In this document: one piece after another, positions 38,101 to 49,200 of the stretch | Layout of the letters: each line of letters begins with the position of its first letter | Numbering within the stretch: position 1 is the stretch's first letter | Assembly (NCBI GenBank): GCA_010015585.1 | Contig: ML975152.1 | Length of the DNA: 64,000 nucleotides | Reading direction: 5' to 3' (one strand) | DNA from: Eremomyces bilateralis CBS 781.70 | Lineage: Eukaryota | The notes under the pieces: model-generated | The model's input: only the letters and a program-made list of their open reading frames with translations | What the model was told of the DNA's origin: nothing | The model's database searches: none | Position numbers and translations under genes: made by a program

Positions 38101-41100
38101 ATGTCCGTCTCCACGGTCAAAGTTGGGAAGATATCCAGAAGGTTCGAGATAGTCCTACCCATACTGTTGTTATGCACCAACTGGCCGATCTCAGCCGCAT
38201 CCATTTCGCGCATCGATTCGATTGACGTTATCGAGCCTTTGTTGTCGAGATTCCTCAGCACCGGCCAAGGAAGATCGAACTGATGGAATGGATGCTGATA
38301 GGGCCATAATCGTTTCTCGACTGACTTGCATAGTCCCGAGAGTACCAGACACTGATACCCCCAGCCCCTGTTCAGCGCTATCATGAACACCGCTCGGCAT
38401 ATACGCGCTGCGTTCTGTGCAACGTATGCCGTGTCGGAAACTAATGTGAAGTCTTCTAGACGTGCACGGGAGATGTGTGATTGAAGAAGGATGTTTGTCT
38501 TTGCATGGGCAGACCCAATGCCTCCTTCGACCTGGCATGGAACATATTGCTCCTCTATGAGTCGACTCAGTTCCTTCTCTTCGGTTTCGCGGGCTTGAAT
38601 GTTGTCAAACTCGCCGCTCATGCTGATCATCTTCAAAACATCTGCTTCAGTCGCATGTGGTTGCATCATCTTATTAAAGATCTCAATACTAGTTTGGGAA
38701 ACGTAGTATTGACTAGCAATTCGTCCCACATCTTTGGTACGCAGGTCTTCGGTTGTCTCATTAAATATGATCATCTGCGAAAGTGCCAGAGTTCGAGCGG
38801 CTTCAATTACGAGTTTCCGTCTCCTTTGAACCAGGTGCGGATCGTCGCGTATCTCAGCCCAATCAATCCCATACGTCAAAGGATTTCGCTGCATCCTGAC
38901 AAACAGATACGAGTACCCAAGCCATTGCACCGCTTCCGGCACCGAAGTCACGGTGCCCAGGGCAATCTCCGCATTCAGATTGTCCACCATTTTCTTGGAG
39001 AAATTCGACTCGATCGGTTGTTGTTGAGTGACAGCAGTGAGATAGTGCTGGAGCCTATCGTGAGTTGTACAGAGGAAACCTATTCCAGTTGCTTGGAACT
39101 GAGGTCGACCTGCACGACCGAAGATCTGGATGACATCGAGAATGCCTAAATCGATAAACTTGCCCTCTTGCGCGCTATAGACTTGAGTGCCCTTGATCAG
39201 CACGGCCGCAGCGGGTAAGTTCACACCCCATGCGAGAGTTGCTGTACAGCAGAGGACATTGAGTACGCCTTCTGCAAATAGTCGTTCCATAAGATTGCGG
39301 TCTGTCCTCGGCATACCAGCATGGTGCGTTCCCATGCCTTTAGGAAGCAATTCTCGAATCTCCTTTCCTTTGGATTGCTTCGCATCCCGTATAGCCATAT
39401 CGTACCTGGGATGTGTCGTCGGGTCGAACAAATCTACGCAGCCTTCCTCGATGGCTTTTTCGTAAAAGGTTCGAGCTGTTTTGACGGTGTCTTTTCGAGA
39501 GTGTACGAACACCATGACTTGATGACCCTCGCGCAGCATGTCGGTCACCTTCTCGAAGGACACCTGGTCGATGTTGTCTTTCGACGCTCTCGTTCCTGCT
39601 TTTCCCTTTACACCCAGGAAATGCTGCTCCAGCGGCACCGGTCGGAAAGAAGCATCAAAGTAGAACAGTCCCGTCATCCGGTTCACTTTTAGAAAATCCG
39701 CGACGTCTACGAAGTTGGGTAACGTTGCAGACAAACCGATCACTCGGATCAGGGACTGCGTGCTTTCCACTTGCCGTTGAGTTCGGGCAACGAGAGACTC
39801 GAGGACCGCGCCTCGCTCATCATGGAGCATGTGAACCTCGTCGATAATGAGCAGGCGCACTTTCTGGACCAGCTCTGTATCTCCCGTGCTCTTTCTGGTC
39901 ACAACGTCCCACTTCTCGGGAGTTGTGACAATAATCTGGGTTTGCATGATCTCCGTCTTCGTCATCTGCATGTCGCCTGTGAGTTCACGAGCCTTCACGC
40001 CAAGCCAAGCCAATCTCTTCCCGAGTTTGTCAGTGACCTCGGCGGCCAATGCTTTCATTGGCGCGACATAAACAACTTTGAAGTCGTTATAGGCCACCGT
40101 GAAGTCCACTACATCATGAGATTCGGACGGAAGAGGGGCAACGTGCTTCGAAATGGCGTTCAAGATGGTGAGCACGGCGGCGTCCGTCTTACCTGCGCCG
40201 GTTGGAGCGCAGATCAACATGTTCTCACTCGTCGCATATGCCACGGGATAGACCAAGCTCTGCATCCTATTCAAAGTCTTGTAGCCGCGGAAAGTCATCC
40301 GGCACAAGCCATCGAGCTCGGATATCTGAATTAGCTTCTGAGAGGCGGCAATGGTCCCGACTTTGGTAGCGGGTATAGAGTACTCCTCGTACTTCTCGTG
40401 CTCGATTCTGTCGCTGCCTTCAGGCAGGAGGTATTTTTTGCCGTGAGTAGAAAGCGTATTACCAGCATCATGCTTGCGGTACACATGGGGGTAGTGAGCT
40501 TGACCGCGGTCAACTGACGGTCCTAGAGATGCTGCCTTGTGCTCGATGTCCTGCTTGCGAAGTGCCTCTTCTCTTTCCTGACGAGTGAGAAGCCTCCGTT
40601 CTCTAGTCTGAACAGAATGTGTAGGCTTTCTAGTGTGAGAGGAACTAAGCTCTTGACGGTGGCTGATAATGTCCGTAACCAAGTCGAGATCGTCGTATCC
40701 TACCAGGTCTGCGAGGGTCATTTGCAGCGCATCATCATTCTCTTCAGCAGCGAGGACAGCCATGATCTGCTCAAAAAGCGAGTCCGAGTCTAATCCGCTT
40801 TTTCTTCTTCCTAGCTGAGTACAGCATCCCTTAAGCCACTGTATGCCATGAACTGCACTGCTTGAACCTGTGTTGTTAAGCTGACTAACATCCGTTTCGA
40901 TGTGTGCATCTGCAGCAAACGAATGACTTGAGGTAAGCCAGATATCATCGTCCGATGGAGTTGGAGACAGTTCGTCTTCTGAGAGCACCAAATCATCGCC
41001 ATATTTGGGCTGACTGGTGTCCCCAGTCGTCTTCATAGAGCGTATGGCATCCAAAGCCTCTCGCATCTCAGCTACTCGGGCCAGCCACTGAGCCTGAACC

Positions 41101-41120
41101 TGATCCGATGCAGGCGCCAT
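35154..41120 (-). CDS. SLH1: Ski2-like tandem-cassette helicase Slh1/Rqt2 (ASCC3 ortholog), intronless
   Basis: Two cassettes (APTGAGKT/DEVH and SPTGSGKT/DEIH), each followed by Sec63-like domains; GRAGRPQF twice; KWDVVTRKSTGD; first ATG at 41120. Confidence 0.9.
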   Translation of the reverse strand: MAPASDQVQAQWLARVAEMREALDAIRSMKTTGDTSQPKYGDDLVLSEDELSPTPSDDDIWLTSSHSFAADAHIETDVSQLNNTGSSSAVHGIQWLKGCCTQLGRRKSGLDSDSLFEQIMAVLAAEENDDALQMTLADLVGYDDLDLVTDIISHRQELSSSHTRKPTHSVQTRERRLLTRQEREEALRKQDIEHKAASLGPSVDRGQAHYPHVYRKHDAGNTLSTHGKKYLLPEGSDRIEHEKYEEYSIPATKVGTIAASQKLIQISELDGLCRMTFRGYKTLNRMQSLVYPVAYATSENMLICAPTGAGKTDAAVLTILNAISKHVAPLPSESHDVVDFTVAYNDFKVVYVAPMKALAAEVTDKLGKRLAWLGVKARELTGDMQMTKTEIMQTQIIVTTPEKWDVVTRKSTGDTELVQKVRLLIIDEVHMLHDERGAVLESLVARTQRQVESTQSLIRVIGLSATLPNFVDVADFLKVNRMTGLFYFDASFRPVPLEQHFLGVKGKAGTRASKDNIDQVSFEKVTDMLREGHQVMVFVHSRKDTVKTARTFYEKAIEEGCVDLFDPTTHPRYDMAIRDAKQSKGKEIRELLPKGMGTHHAGMPRTDRNLMERLFAEGVLNVLCCTATLAWGVNLPAAAVLIKGTQVYSAQEGKFIDLGILDVIQIFGRAGRPQFQATGIGFLCTTHDRLQHYLTAVTQQQPIESNFSKKMVDNLNAEIALGTVTSVPEAVQWLGYSYLFVRMQRNPLTYGIDWAEIRDDPHLVQRRRKLVIEAARTLALSQMIIFNETTEDLRTKDVGRIASQYYVSQTSIEIFNKMMQPHATEADVLKMISMSGEFDNIQARETEEKELSRLIEEQYVPCQVEGGIGSAHAKTNILLQSHISRARLEDFTLVSDTAYVAQNAARICRAVFMIALNRGWGYQCLVLSGLCKSVEKRLWPYQHPFHQFDLPWPVLRNLDNKGSITSIESMREMDAAEIGQLVHNNSMGRTISNLLDIFPTLTVETDIAPLNRDVLRVRLYLIPEFRWNDRHHGTSEPYWVWVENSDTSEIYHQEYFILNRKKLHDDHQLDFTIPLSDPLPSQIYVRAVSDRWLGCETVTAVSFQHLIRPDTENVYTDLLNLQPLPITALKNPALEELYGTRFQYFNPMQTQLFHTMYHTDANVLLGSPTGSGKTIAAELAMWWAFRENPGSKVVYIAPMKALVRERVLDWGKRLAGPMGFKLVELTGDNTPDTRSIRDADVIITTPEKWDGISRSWQTRSYVRQVSLVIIDEIHLLGGDRGPVLEIIVSRMNYIASQKKGSVRLVGMSTACANAMDLANWLGVKEGLFNFRHSVRPVPLEIFIDGFPDQRAFSPFMQSMNRPTFLAIKNHSPDKPVIVFVASRRQTRLTAKDLINLCGMEDNPRRFVHMSEDDLVLNLRRAKDEAFQEALSFGIGLHHAGLVESDRQLAEELFAANKIQILIATSTLAWGVNLPAHLVVVKGTQFFDAKIEGYKDMDLTDVLQMLGRAGRPQFDTSGVARIFTQESKKAFYKHFLHTGFPVESSLHKVLEDHLGAEISAGTITTKQDSLDYLTWTFFYRRLHKNPSFYGLEISAEDYNTISAQQTANEYMVSLVDTALNELAQSSCIDITDNTGELSSTPMGKIMSYYYMSHKTIRSILNASRPKVLSSRQVAVSFGDVLSWVSLATEYDELPVRHNEDLVNAELAKHLPLDAEALKLVMWDPHVKAFLLLQAHFSRVDLPISDYVGDLNSVLDQSIRIMQGTIDIMAELGSLAAVRAVVILLQCVKSARWPEDGPLSIFPDVDVEAEKARMVDSKSAPRDLVQLAAMRPDQVRSLAQKLNVPSSQRDAFAKAVARLPCVDVSLGTVSATEVSIDLKRQNPFVPDGRMYAPRFPKQQSEGFFVLVSSKTTGELLGLKRVNWQQKRRGEAKSALSQLASARLRVPPSVDSRMVEVAVLSDGYIGMEWNIHDVEVPGVPVVGEHDVQKMK

Positions 41121-41589
41121 GATGAGATTATACACCGAGAATTTCTAGCGAGGCTTTCTTGTAAATTGTAATCAAGAATCCTTCTCCAGAATTGAAGCCA
41201 CGAGGCTTCCAGTAGAAGAGTGACAGAGTGACTCCGGAGAAGGAATCTTGTAATAATATAAATCTGTAAAGGACCGAGCTGTGTTGTCTCTCCTCTGGGG
41301 GATGTGTGGTGACTGAACGGATGCTCGAGATCCGATGTTTCTGGTTCGTTCTGATTTGGGATGTAAGGCAACTATACCGTTGCCTAAGGCATAAACCAAG
41401 CATCAACACCACTACCATGAAACAGTAGATGGCCCAGTGTTCATATGATGCCGACATGGTGTCTTGCTTGTTGCTGGCTGCGCCTCTTGATTAACCGCTG
41501 CGGTAGGCAACCTTATATTACCTTCACGACTCCATTCTCCAGACCTAGACATCCCTCAATTTACCACCTGTCTGCTGTGCGTTGTAATC

Positions 41590-42394
41590 ATGAAGCTTGT
41601 ATACATCGGGGTATGGAACCTTGTCCAGACCGCTTGATCACCGACCGTACACTAACACGACGACCAGATCATCAAGAATGAGGAGCGGCCCGCCGTCGAG
41701 TTGTGCGCGGAGCGCGACCTCACGAGCGTCAATCGGTTCACGAGATCGACGTATGCACAACCTTCCGTCGACGATGGATCCCTTCATGCTAAACCCACCC
41801 CAGCATCGGCGAGTTCATGACTATGTTCAGCAAGACGGTCGCGGAAAGGACTAGGCCTGGGCAAAGACAGGACGTTGAGGAGCAAGGTGTGTACCATGCC
41901 TGGGGAATACTATTCTTGTAGCGCTAACTCGAGTCTCGAAGGCTACACTTTCCACGCATATGCTCGAGCAGAGGGTGTCTGCGGAATTATCATTACTGAC
42001 CAGGAGTACCCGTCGCTGGTGGCACATCAAGTGCTCTCGAAGACCGTGGACGAGTTCCTGACCAAATACCCGCGATCCGCCTTCATCGACGCCACCGAGT
42101 TACCATATCCCCAGCTCAAAGAATACGTCGAGAAATATCAGGACCCAAAGAACGCCGACAGCTTGATGAAGATCCAGAAGGAGCTGGATGAGACCAAGAT
42201 CGTGCTGCACAAGACTATTGAGAGCGTGCTGGAGCGTGGAGAGAAGATCGATGCGTTAGTAGCTAAGAGCGATGGATTGAGCGCACAAAGTAAGATGTTT
42301 TATACCAAGGTAGGTATCTATTTCCACTGGTATTAGGGGACCTGCTAATCTCGTGCAGGCAAAGAAGCAGAACTCTTGCTGTACAGTCATGTAG
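41590..42394 (+). CDS. YKT6: R-SNARE Ykt6, 4 introns
   Basis: MKLVYIG longin start; KIQKELDETKIVLHKTIESVLERGEKID; C-terminal KKQNSCCTVM* (CCAAX). Confidence 0.95.
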
Positions 42395-42577
42395 CATGTG
42401 CCGCAGTCGATTCCTTTGGCGTTCCGGTGGGAAGCACTTATTTAGTACCCGTTACACTCGTTGGAAGCACTCGCCTTACGCTTAGATCCCGAGTTTCTGG
42501 CCGCATAATTCATTCCTGAAAGCCGTTGACCGACATACAAAGTTGAAAACCCCAAAGTGATATGTGGTATCGTACAT

Positions 42578-43378
42578 CTATGCGGATCCCTCTTGTCTAT
42601 GCTTTTCCTTGAGCATCTTCTCCGTCTTCATGAATTCCCTGATCCCCACCGGTATATCCTTGAATAGATCCTCCGTTGTCTTTCCAGCCGCTGAAGCATC
42701 AAGGCCCCAATTGGTCTCGCTGCCCCCTCCATCGTCATCCATCGACGAAGCTACATGACTCGGGGTACCTGCTTTCGCCGTCATCATCCCAGTCCCGATC
42801 CCTTGACCACGTTGTTTCTGTACCGCCGCTCTCGCCTCCGCCGATTTTTCCGCCCACTCTTCCAGCTCCTCCCCGTATTGGTCCCAGACGCAATTCACGC
42901 AGCCCGACATGCAGCAGTTATCGGGTTCTCCCGGCCGAGGCGGGACGAGCACGCCGGCGATCAGCTTCGAGGCCTCCGCGATCTCGGCCTTCCGTTGGAT
43001 CGGCCCCGCGAGGCGAGAACCGAACACGACGCGGGCTTTCGCAGCGACCTCGTCCTTCCATGCTTGGTCGGATTCGCTGGTCTTCGCCGAATCCTCGTGC
43101 CGCTGGGCAATCGATTTGCCTTGAGGGTTCCCAAGGATTTCTTTCCTTGTTAGCTGCGGACCAGGTGAGAATGGACTGTGTCCTTGGTCCTTACCAGCAT
43201 AATAACCGAGATGGGGAAATGCCTGTGATCCGTGGCTTGCTATGTGAGGGCTTCGTGGCGGTCTTGGGATTGTGCTTGCATATCTGGATTGATCCCGGTG
43301 CCATTGACGAAAGCATTGTTTACATGAACGTGAACGCCAGTGAACCGCTTGAGACACGGCATTGCCCGGTGGCCTCAT
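42578..43378 (-). CDS. Oxidoreductase-like domain protein (UPF0651/OXLD1-like), probably mitochondrial; probable intron 43194-43141
   Basis: Motif PPRPGEPDNCCMSGCVNCVWDQY; IPVGIREFMKTEK; Arg-rich N-terminus. Confidence 0.85.
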   Translation of the reverse strand: MRPPGNAVSQAVHWRSRSCKQCFRQWHRDQSRYASTIPRPPRSPHIASHGSQAFPHLGYYAGKDQGHSPFSPGPQLTRKEILGNPQGKSIAQRHEDSAKTSESDQAWKDEVAAKARVVFGSRLAGPIQRKAEIAEASKLIAGVLVPPRPGEPDNCCMSGCVNCVWDQYGEELEEWAEKSAEARAAVQKQRGQGIGTGMMTAKAGTPSHVASSMDDDGGGSETNWGLDASAAGKTTEDLFKDIPVGIREFMKTEKMLKEKHRQEGSA

Positions 43379-43868
43379 GGAGTATTTATTTGGTAGGCCG
43401 GTGGTGAAAACATGAAGAACTAAACTTCAAACAGATTTGAGATTCGAGAACAACTCGGCATTTTGACGACAATGCCGGCAAGACGTCACAGTCATGGTAT
43501 TTAAGGCAATACTATAAGGCAATAAGGCAATACACTGCTCAGACTGCTCATGTGTCACTAAACCCAAAACGGCAATCTATCAACACGCGATTTCGATGTC
43601 TCATCTCAAGCATCAACGAGCGCGTATCAGTAATAGAGGTCTTCATTCAACTATGGTACTTTCATTTACGACGAAAGATTATCGACAATGCTATCTAATT
43701 GACATTGAATATCACGTCTTGCCAGATTGATCGAGTGCAGTTTATGCACCTGAGCGACCACATCGAACTTGCCTCTACCCAGCGCGAGAACACACGAAAG
43801 AACATCTGACCACGAGACAGAGGCAGTGGTCCTGGACTTCTAGCCAAGAGCTGAGCGCAATCGCAACC

Positions 43869-45551
43869 ATGGACTCAACATACCGGTCTCCAAAACGGAG
43901 GAAATCATCCATCGGCAACTTCACCCCGACCCGAGCATCTTTTATGTCCCCAACCAAAGCGAGCCTCGCGAAGTTCAATCCGGATCTTCTCCCACCGTCG
44001 CGCAGAAGCTCGATTATCCGCTCGCTGTCGCAACCTAGATCATCATCACTCGTCCCGTCCGGTCTCGCAGACTTTCCCCGCGAAATCAGCAAACGAAGCA
44101 GGTCCGCCGCGAAGACTGAGAGACAATCGTCGGCTGTGGAGAGAGATACCGATCAGGAAACCATGGGCCGGGAAGTTGGGTCTTTATCGCCAATTCGGCG
44201 CAAGTCTATGAGGCTGGCGGAGCCGCTTCTGATGACAGCCAGTCGAAGACTCGAGAGCCCTAGGTTACGGGACGTATTCGGGATCGCCCCATTCCCCGTC
44301 GAACCACCGGCGGAGACCGAGGCCGAAGCTGGTGAACATGTACCTACCGCTCATGATGGAGACAGGTCGCCTCCCTCGAACCAGCACAAGCGCACTAGCA
44401 AACGGAAACGGGATGCCGATCTAGTTGTTGAGGAGGCGACCGCGCCACCACCTGCGTCCGAGGAAATCGTTGCGGAGATGCTCCGATTGGAATTGGAGCT
44501 GGCTGAGTTGCGGCGTGACGTTCGGCTTCTCGACGAGCAGACAAAGCGAGCGGAAACGTTCCTGGATTTCAGTTTCGATGGGCCGGAAGATGTCGACGCG
44601 TTGCTGTATGTCCCTTTACGCCTTGGCCTCGTGACATAAGAATCCTAATCTGAGAATAGGTCTGCGCTATGCGAGGACGATGAGCAACCCGCGACACCGG
44701 ACCGGACGGCTCCGCTATCAATGTCCCAATTGCTGGGCTCATTGTTCCGGGGCCATGCACATGTATCCCAGGCCAACGGAACGATCGAGCACACGGAACC
44801 TCCACCATCGTTGCAACCCATTGAAGACGACAATTTTGTGGAAACAATGAAACGAGTCACGCATTTCACTTTCCATGGCAACTTATCAATAATTCCTAGA
44901 TCGGAGAACCCCGGGGTGTCGGAAGAGCCCCGTCTCCAATATGACATCAGCGTCAAAAGCCCGAAGCTGCATTTGACAGCCAACGTCCGGCTCATACTTT
45001 CCTTGCAGGAATCAGGGGGAGGACATACATTCCGAGTGGACAAGCTAGCCGTCCCAAGCATCAATCGCTGGGCTCGAAAGGAGATCGGCACCTGGATCGA
45101 CGCCTGCTGCTCGCGAAAGGACGTCTCCGTGCTCTTCCACGGTCTGGAGTCCTACTACCTCCACGCGTATGCGCGAGGCCGGCGCTGGATCGAACTAGAA
45201 TCGACGTTCCCGACCCTCCTGATGGAGCCCGTCGGTACCCAGATCCGCAAGCAGTTCAGCCGCAACCGGATCGCGTTCTGCCGAGGCGCCTCGGTGCTGA
45301 CCTTCATCCATAAGCTGGACCTCTCGTGGGCGGGAGAGGTGCGGAGAGAGGTCGAGCTCGCGCTGCCGAAGGAGAATCCGTACCAGATCCTATCCGGCGC
45401 ATCTAGTACAGACAGTACGGAGAGCGATTCGGTCAATTTGTACGCAAATATGCTGGATGAACACCCAGGCTTGTTGGATATCACGGCGGAGAAGGCGTTG
45501 ATCTTCAGGTTCTTTCAGGTAGAACCGGATGGGCCACCAGAGGTAGATTGA
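43869..45551 (+). CDS. Hypothetical protein (disordered N-terminus, coiled coil, globular C-terminus); candidate CENP-P/Ctf19-like; intron 44606-44659
   Basis: Two track ORFs join in frame across a GTATGT...CTAAT...TAG intron; the family call is tentative. Confidence 0.7.
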
Positions 45552-46260
45552 TCGATCGTTATCTATGTGTAGCATGAATCATATCAATCTTCCCAAGTGC
45601 GCTAGATTATTGATCCCGTGAAATTTGCCAAGCGGTACCCGGAATACCGGAATGTTGGGATTTAGATCTTGCCATACAGATCGGTTGTATCGCCTTCAAC
45701 GGGTTGGAAAAGCAACATATAGGCTGGAACGTTCAATCGAGGATATCACCAAAGAAACCGCCGTGTTCAATATTATCAAATCATTGGATTTTGTCCCGAA
45801 AACGCCATTCCACCCGATGCTTATAAGAAGCCATTAAACTATGCTACATTGCAGAACCAGGACGAATCCACGTGTTATGGAGAACCGTATCCATACCCAT
45901 CCATCCGGACCTAGGCTGACCGCAAGCAGAGGAGATATGAAAAGCTCGCTGATGAAAGCCCTCGGATGCTTTTGGGAGATGGAGAAGCAACCTTTCTAGG
46001 AAAGAGATGCATCATTAGGACGCCGTGAACCACCGCCCCGTCGCTTCGAAAGAAACATGGATGCCATGATCCGCCCGTCATGGATTTTCTTTGGTAAATG
46101 TTCATTGCCTCATCTGGGAGAGTTGACATCCTCGCGCCATGATATGGATGTAGGTTGCCATGGCGTCGTGAAAAGTGTCAACCCACAAGGAGGTAAGATT
46201 GCCATAAGTCTAGCCGCTTCATCGGCATTGCCCAACTCGTTCAACTTCCAGGAACGGCAC

Positions 46261-49200
46261 CTAAACCGTTCGAGGACTCTCAATATGTCGGAAGAGCGTC
46301 CCAAAAAGTTGTTCGATCTGGGAAAGGTCAGCGTCATCCTGTCAACATTCCCGACAAGCAACTCACCTCCCCCGAACCCTTCACAAACGGCAGCTCCCAG
46401 AACCCGTAGCTGGGATTCTTCAAAATTTCCAGCAACGTGATAATCAATCCCCACGGGTGAGGTCTGTGCACGAGGAGCCTCTCCAACAAAACTCGCGTGA
46501 TCTGCTCTTGCACGCCGGCAAGGTTTGCCGCCTCCGCCTCACTATATGTGGTGGCGTTGTTCGGGAATCCGAAGAGGTGCAGGAGAAGATAGGAGAACCA
46601 GTGGGTGTGGCTGTTGGGGTAACGGAGTTGATTCACAATCGCGCTGATCAGGAGATAACGCGTGCTGTAGTGAGATTGTTTGGCGATGTTTTCGAAAAGC
46701 TTCGCATGGGGAGACTGGGCGTTGAACGCAGTACGCCCGCCGGCGTCCAATGCAGAGACCGCGATATAGAGGACAACGGCGTGGATGAGGGTGGTGTCAA
46801 CCGTCACATCCGGGTACCCGAATGTGTTCGAGCTGTCTTTCTCTTCAATCCCGTTCAACACGGACATGACCTGCTTCAACTGCTCCGGAGACTGATCGAG
46901 GGTCTCCAGAAGGGCTTTAACCGGTTCGAGAATGTCTGCTTTGTCAAGCGGTGTTTCGAAGTCACCACGCACGACCGGGGCCTTCTTGATCTCTTCAAGA
47001 CGGTCGACCTTCAAGCCCGCAGTGAACGGGTCCGGAAGCTCGGGAAACGAAGATGGGTACGCGCTGACAACCAGGTTTCGGAGCTGAACACAATGCACGG
47101 GGATTGCGTTGCAAAGTCGGTAATGGTTTTCGGCCAAGAACTCCGGGAAGTCATGATGAAGGACCAAGAGAATACGAAGGACGGCACTGTAGTACAGTCG
47201 GCGAGCACCCGATGCCTCGACAGGCTTGACGAGGTTACCCACGAATTCCAGCCCGGCCTCGATTAGCGATGCATAGACGTCCCAACGCTCGGAGTATCCG
47301 CCATCAGTCATGGTAAGCATCGCAGGCATGAACTCTTTGTATCCGATCAAGGACAGCCATGAAGTAGAGAACGAGGAGTGACGTTGAGGCTGAAGGAACA
47401 ATAGCGATCTCCCAACCAAGATCAAAGCGTCGCACGCGAAAGTGTATCGTTCCGGTCGCTTGGATACCTCTTGGATCTGATCCAAGGTTGTCTTGAAGAA
47501 GCGGAACCAGAAAGTGGGATTCCATCGCTCCTTTTGCGACCCCTGGTGGGCCGAGCAGATCAAGCAGACAAGGCTCAGTGCTGCCTCCAGGAAGGACGCT
47601 CCGGATCTGCTTTCGTCACCGCCATTGTGAGTTCCGAGACAGAGGACAAGTTTGGCGAACGAGTCGACAAATAGGTAGTTCGGTTCGTCCTTGGCTGAAA
47701 GTGGCTCCACGAGAGTGTCCAGCCCCATGTCAATACAGGCGCGGAAGAACCCTATGGAACTCTCCTGAGTATCGATGACCTTCTTTTCGTAGAGCTGGTA
47801 GACAAATGTCGCGAGAACCCGTTCGGGAGCATCAACCTGCTGCAAATGGATCCAGTGCTCGAAGATTGCTTCGTAGTCGTCCGCAGATTTGGAAGCGGGG
47901 GGGGTTTCCACATCAGTTGGGATATGAGATGCAGCTTTCGAAAGGACGCTCCGTGCACCCTCGAATTCCGGGTCGGTAACGGCCCATTGCGCGAGAGCCT
48001 CAAATGATTGAGTGAAGTCCGTCCGAAGGGAACCCATATTCTCTCGAATTACCACATCATCTACTAGCTCATGCATGAAGTGAACAGCTTGTGGGGTTCG
48101 TTGCTTGAGACCCTTCGCGACCAATCCATCCACACGTTCGGCCGGGAGAAGGCCAGAGTTGAACAAGGAAATGGTCACCGGTGCCACAAGCACGCGCTTC
48201 TCGTCGAAATTGAAGAGCCAGGTGTAGACAATACGCGCAGCGTGCTCGGACATCTTGGACAAATGTGAGAGCAGCTGAACGAAGACCTCGATTTCCAGCC
48301 TTGTCGCATCCTCGAACAGAAGCTGAGAGATTCGCTGAGCGATGGGAACGGCAAGGATGTCATGGACTGGCTCTCTGGGTCCTCCGGAAGCTTCAATAAA
48401 TTGCAAGAGTTGCTGATAGTGCCCGCGAACCGGCGACTGTGGGCCCAAATCGGTAGCATGCTCTTCAGATGCCTCCTTGATCGTGCGATGAAGGTTGTTG
48501 AACAGTTCTTGCATTCGTTGGTAGAGATCGGGCGGCATGAAGCCATTCACTTGCTGCTGAGCAAGCGCGCCTGGCTGTTGCGGTGTGGCGGTTTGCTGTG
48601 GGGGCGCTTGTTGTAGAACCGCAGGGGCTTCGGCAGGAGTAGGCAGATTCGGAACAGGTGGGAATTGCTCCTGAATAGCCTCTTGGAGCTGACGAGGAGT
48701 TTCCTGCGAGGACGACGGTCCATGAGTAGGGATGCCGCGTGCATGACGAGCGAAGTCTTCGTAGATGGCGAGCTGTTCTCGATTGAGCCCACCAGGCATC
48801 TGTTTGTACGGGTCGGGGATGAACAGTGCCCAGCGGCTGAGCTGAGGGTGCATGAAAGTCTCGCCCATGCGAGTGGTGTTGTGGACCTGGCGGACCCTAA
48901 CGGCTTCTTCGATCTGGTTGTCGATCTCGTTGATTGACTGCGTCTCCGCGGCTTGTTCAATGATGTTGCAGATGGTATCGAGATTATCGTTGACGAACAT
49001 GAGAATCAGGCCTTCGGGGAGTGCTTGCTCGGGAAGATCGCGAGCCATCATGCGAATATTGTTGGTGATGCTCACACGCAGTGGCTCCTTACAGGTCACC
49101 AGAGCGAGGCTTCCGGAAAGTGCTTTGACGGTGTTGTATGCGGCTTCCCGGAATCGTTCCTCGTTCGGCTCGGTCGCGTAATCCTTGGTGACCAGTTGAG

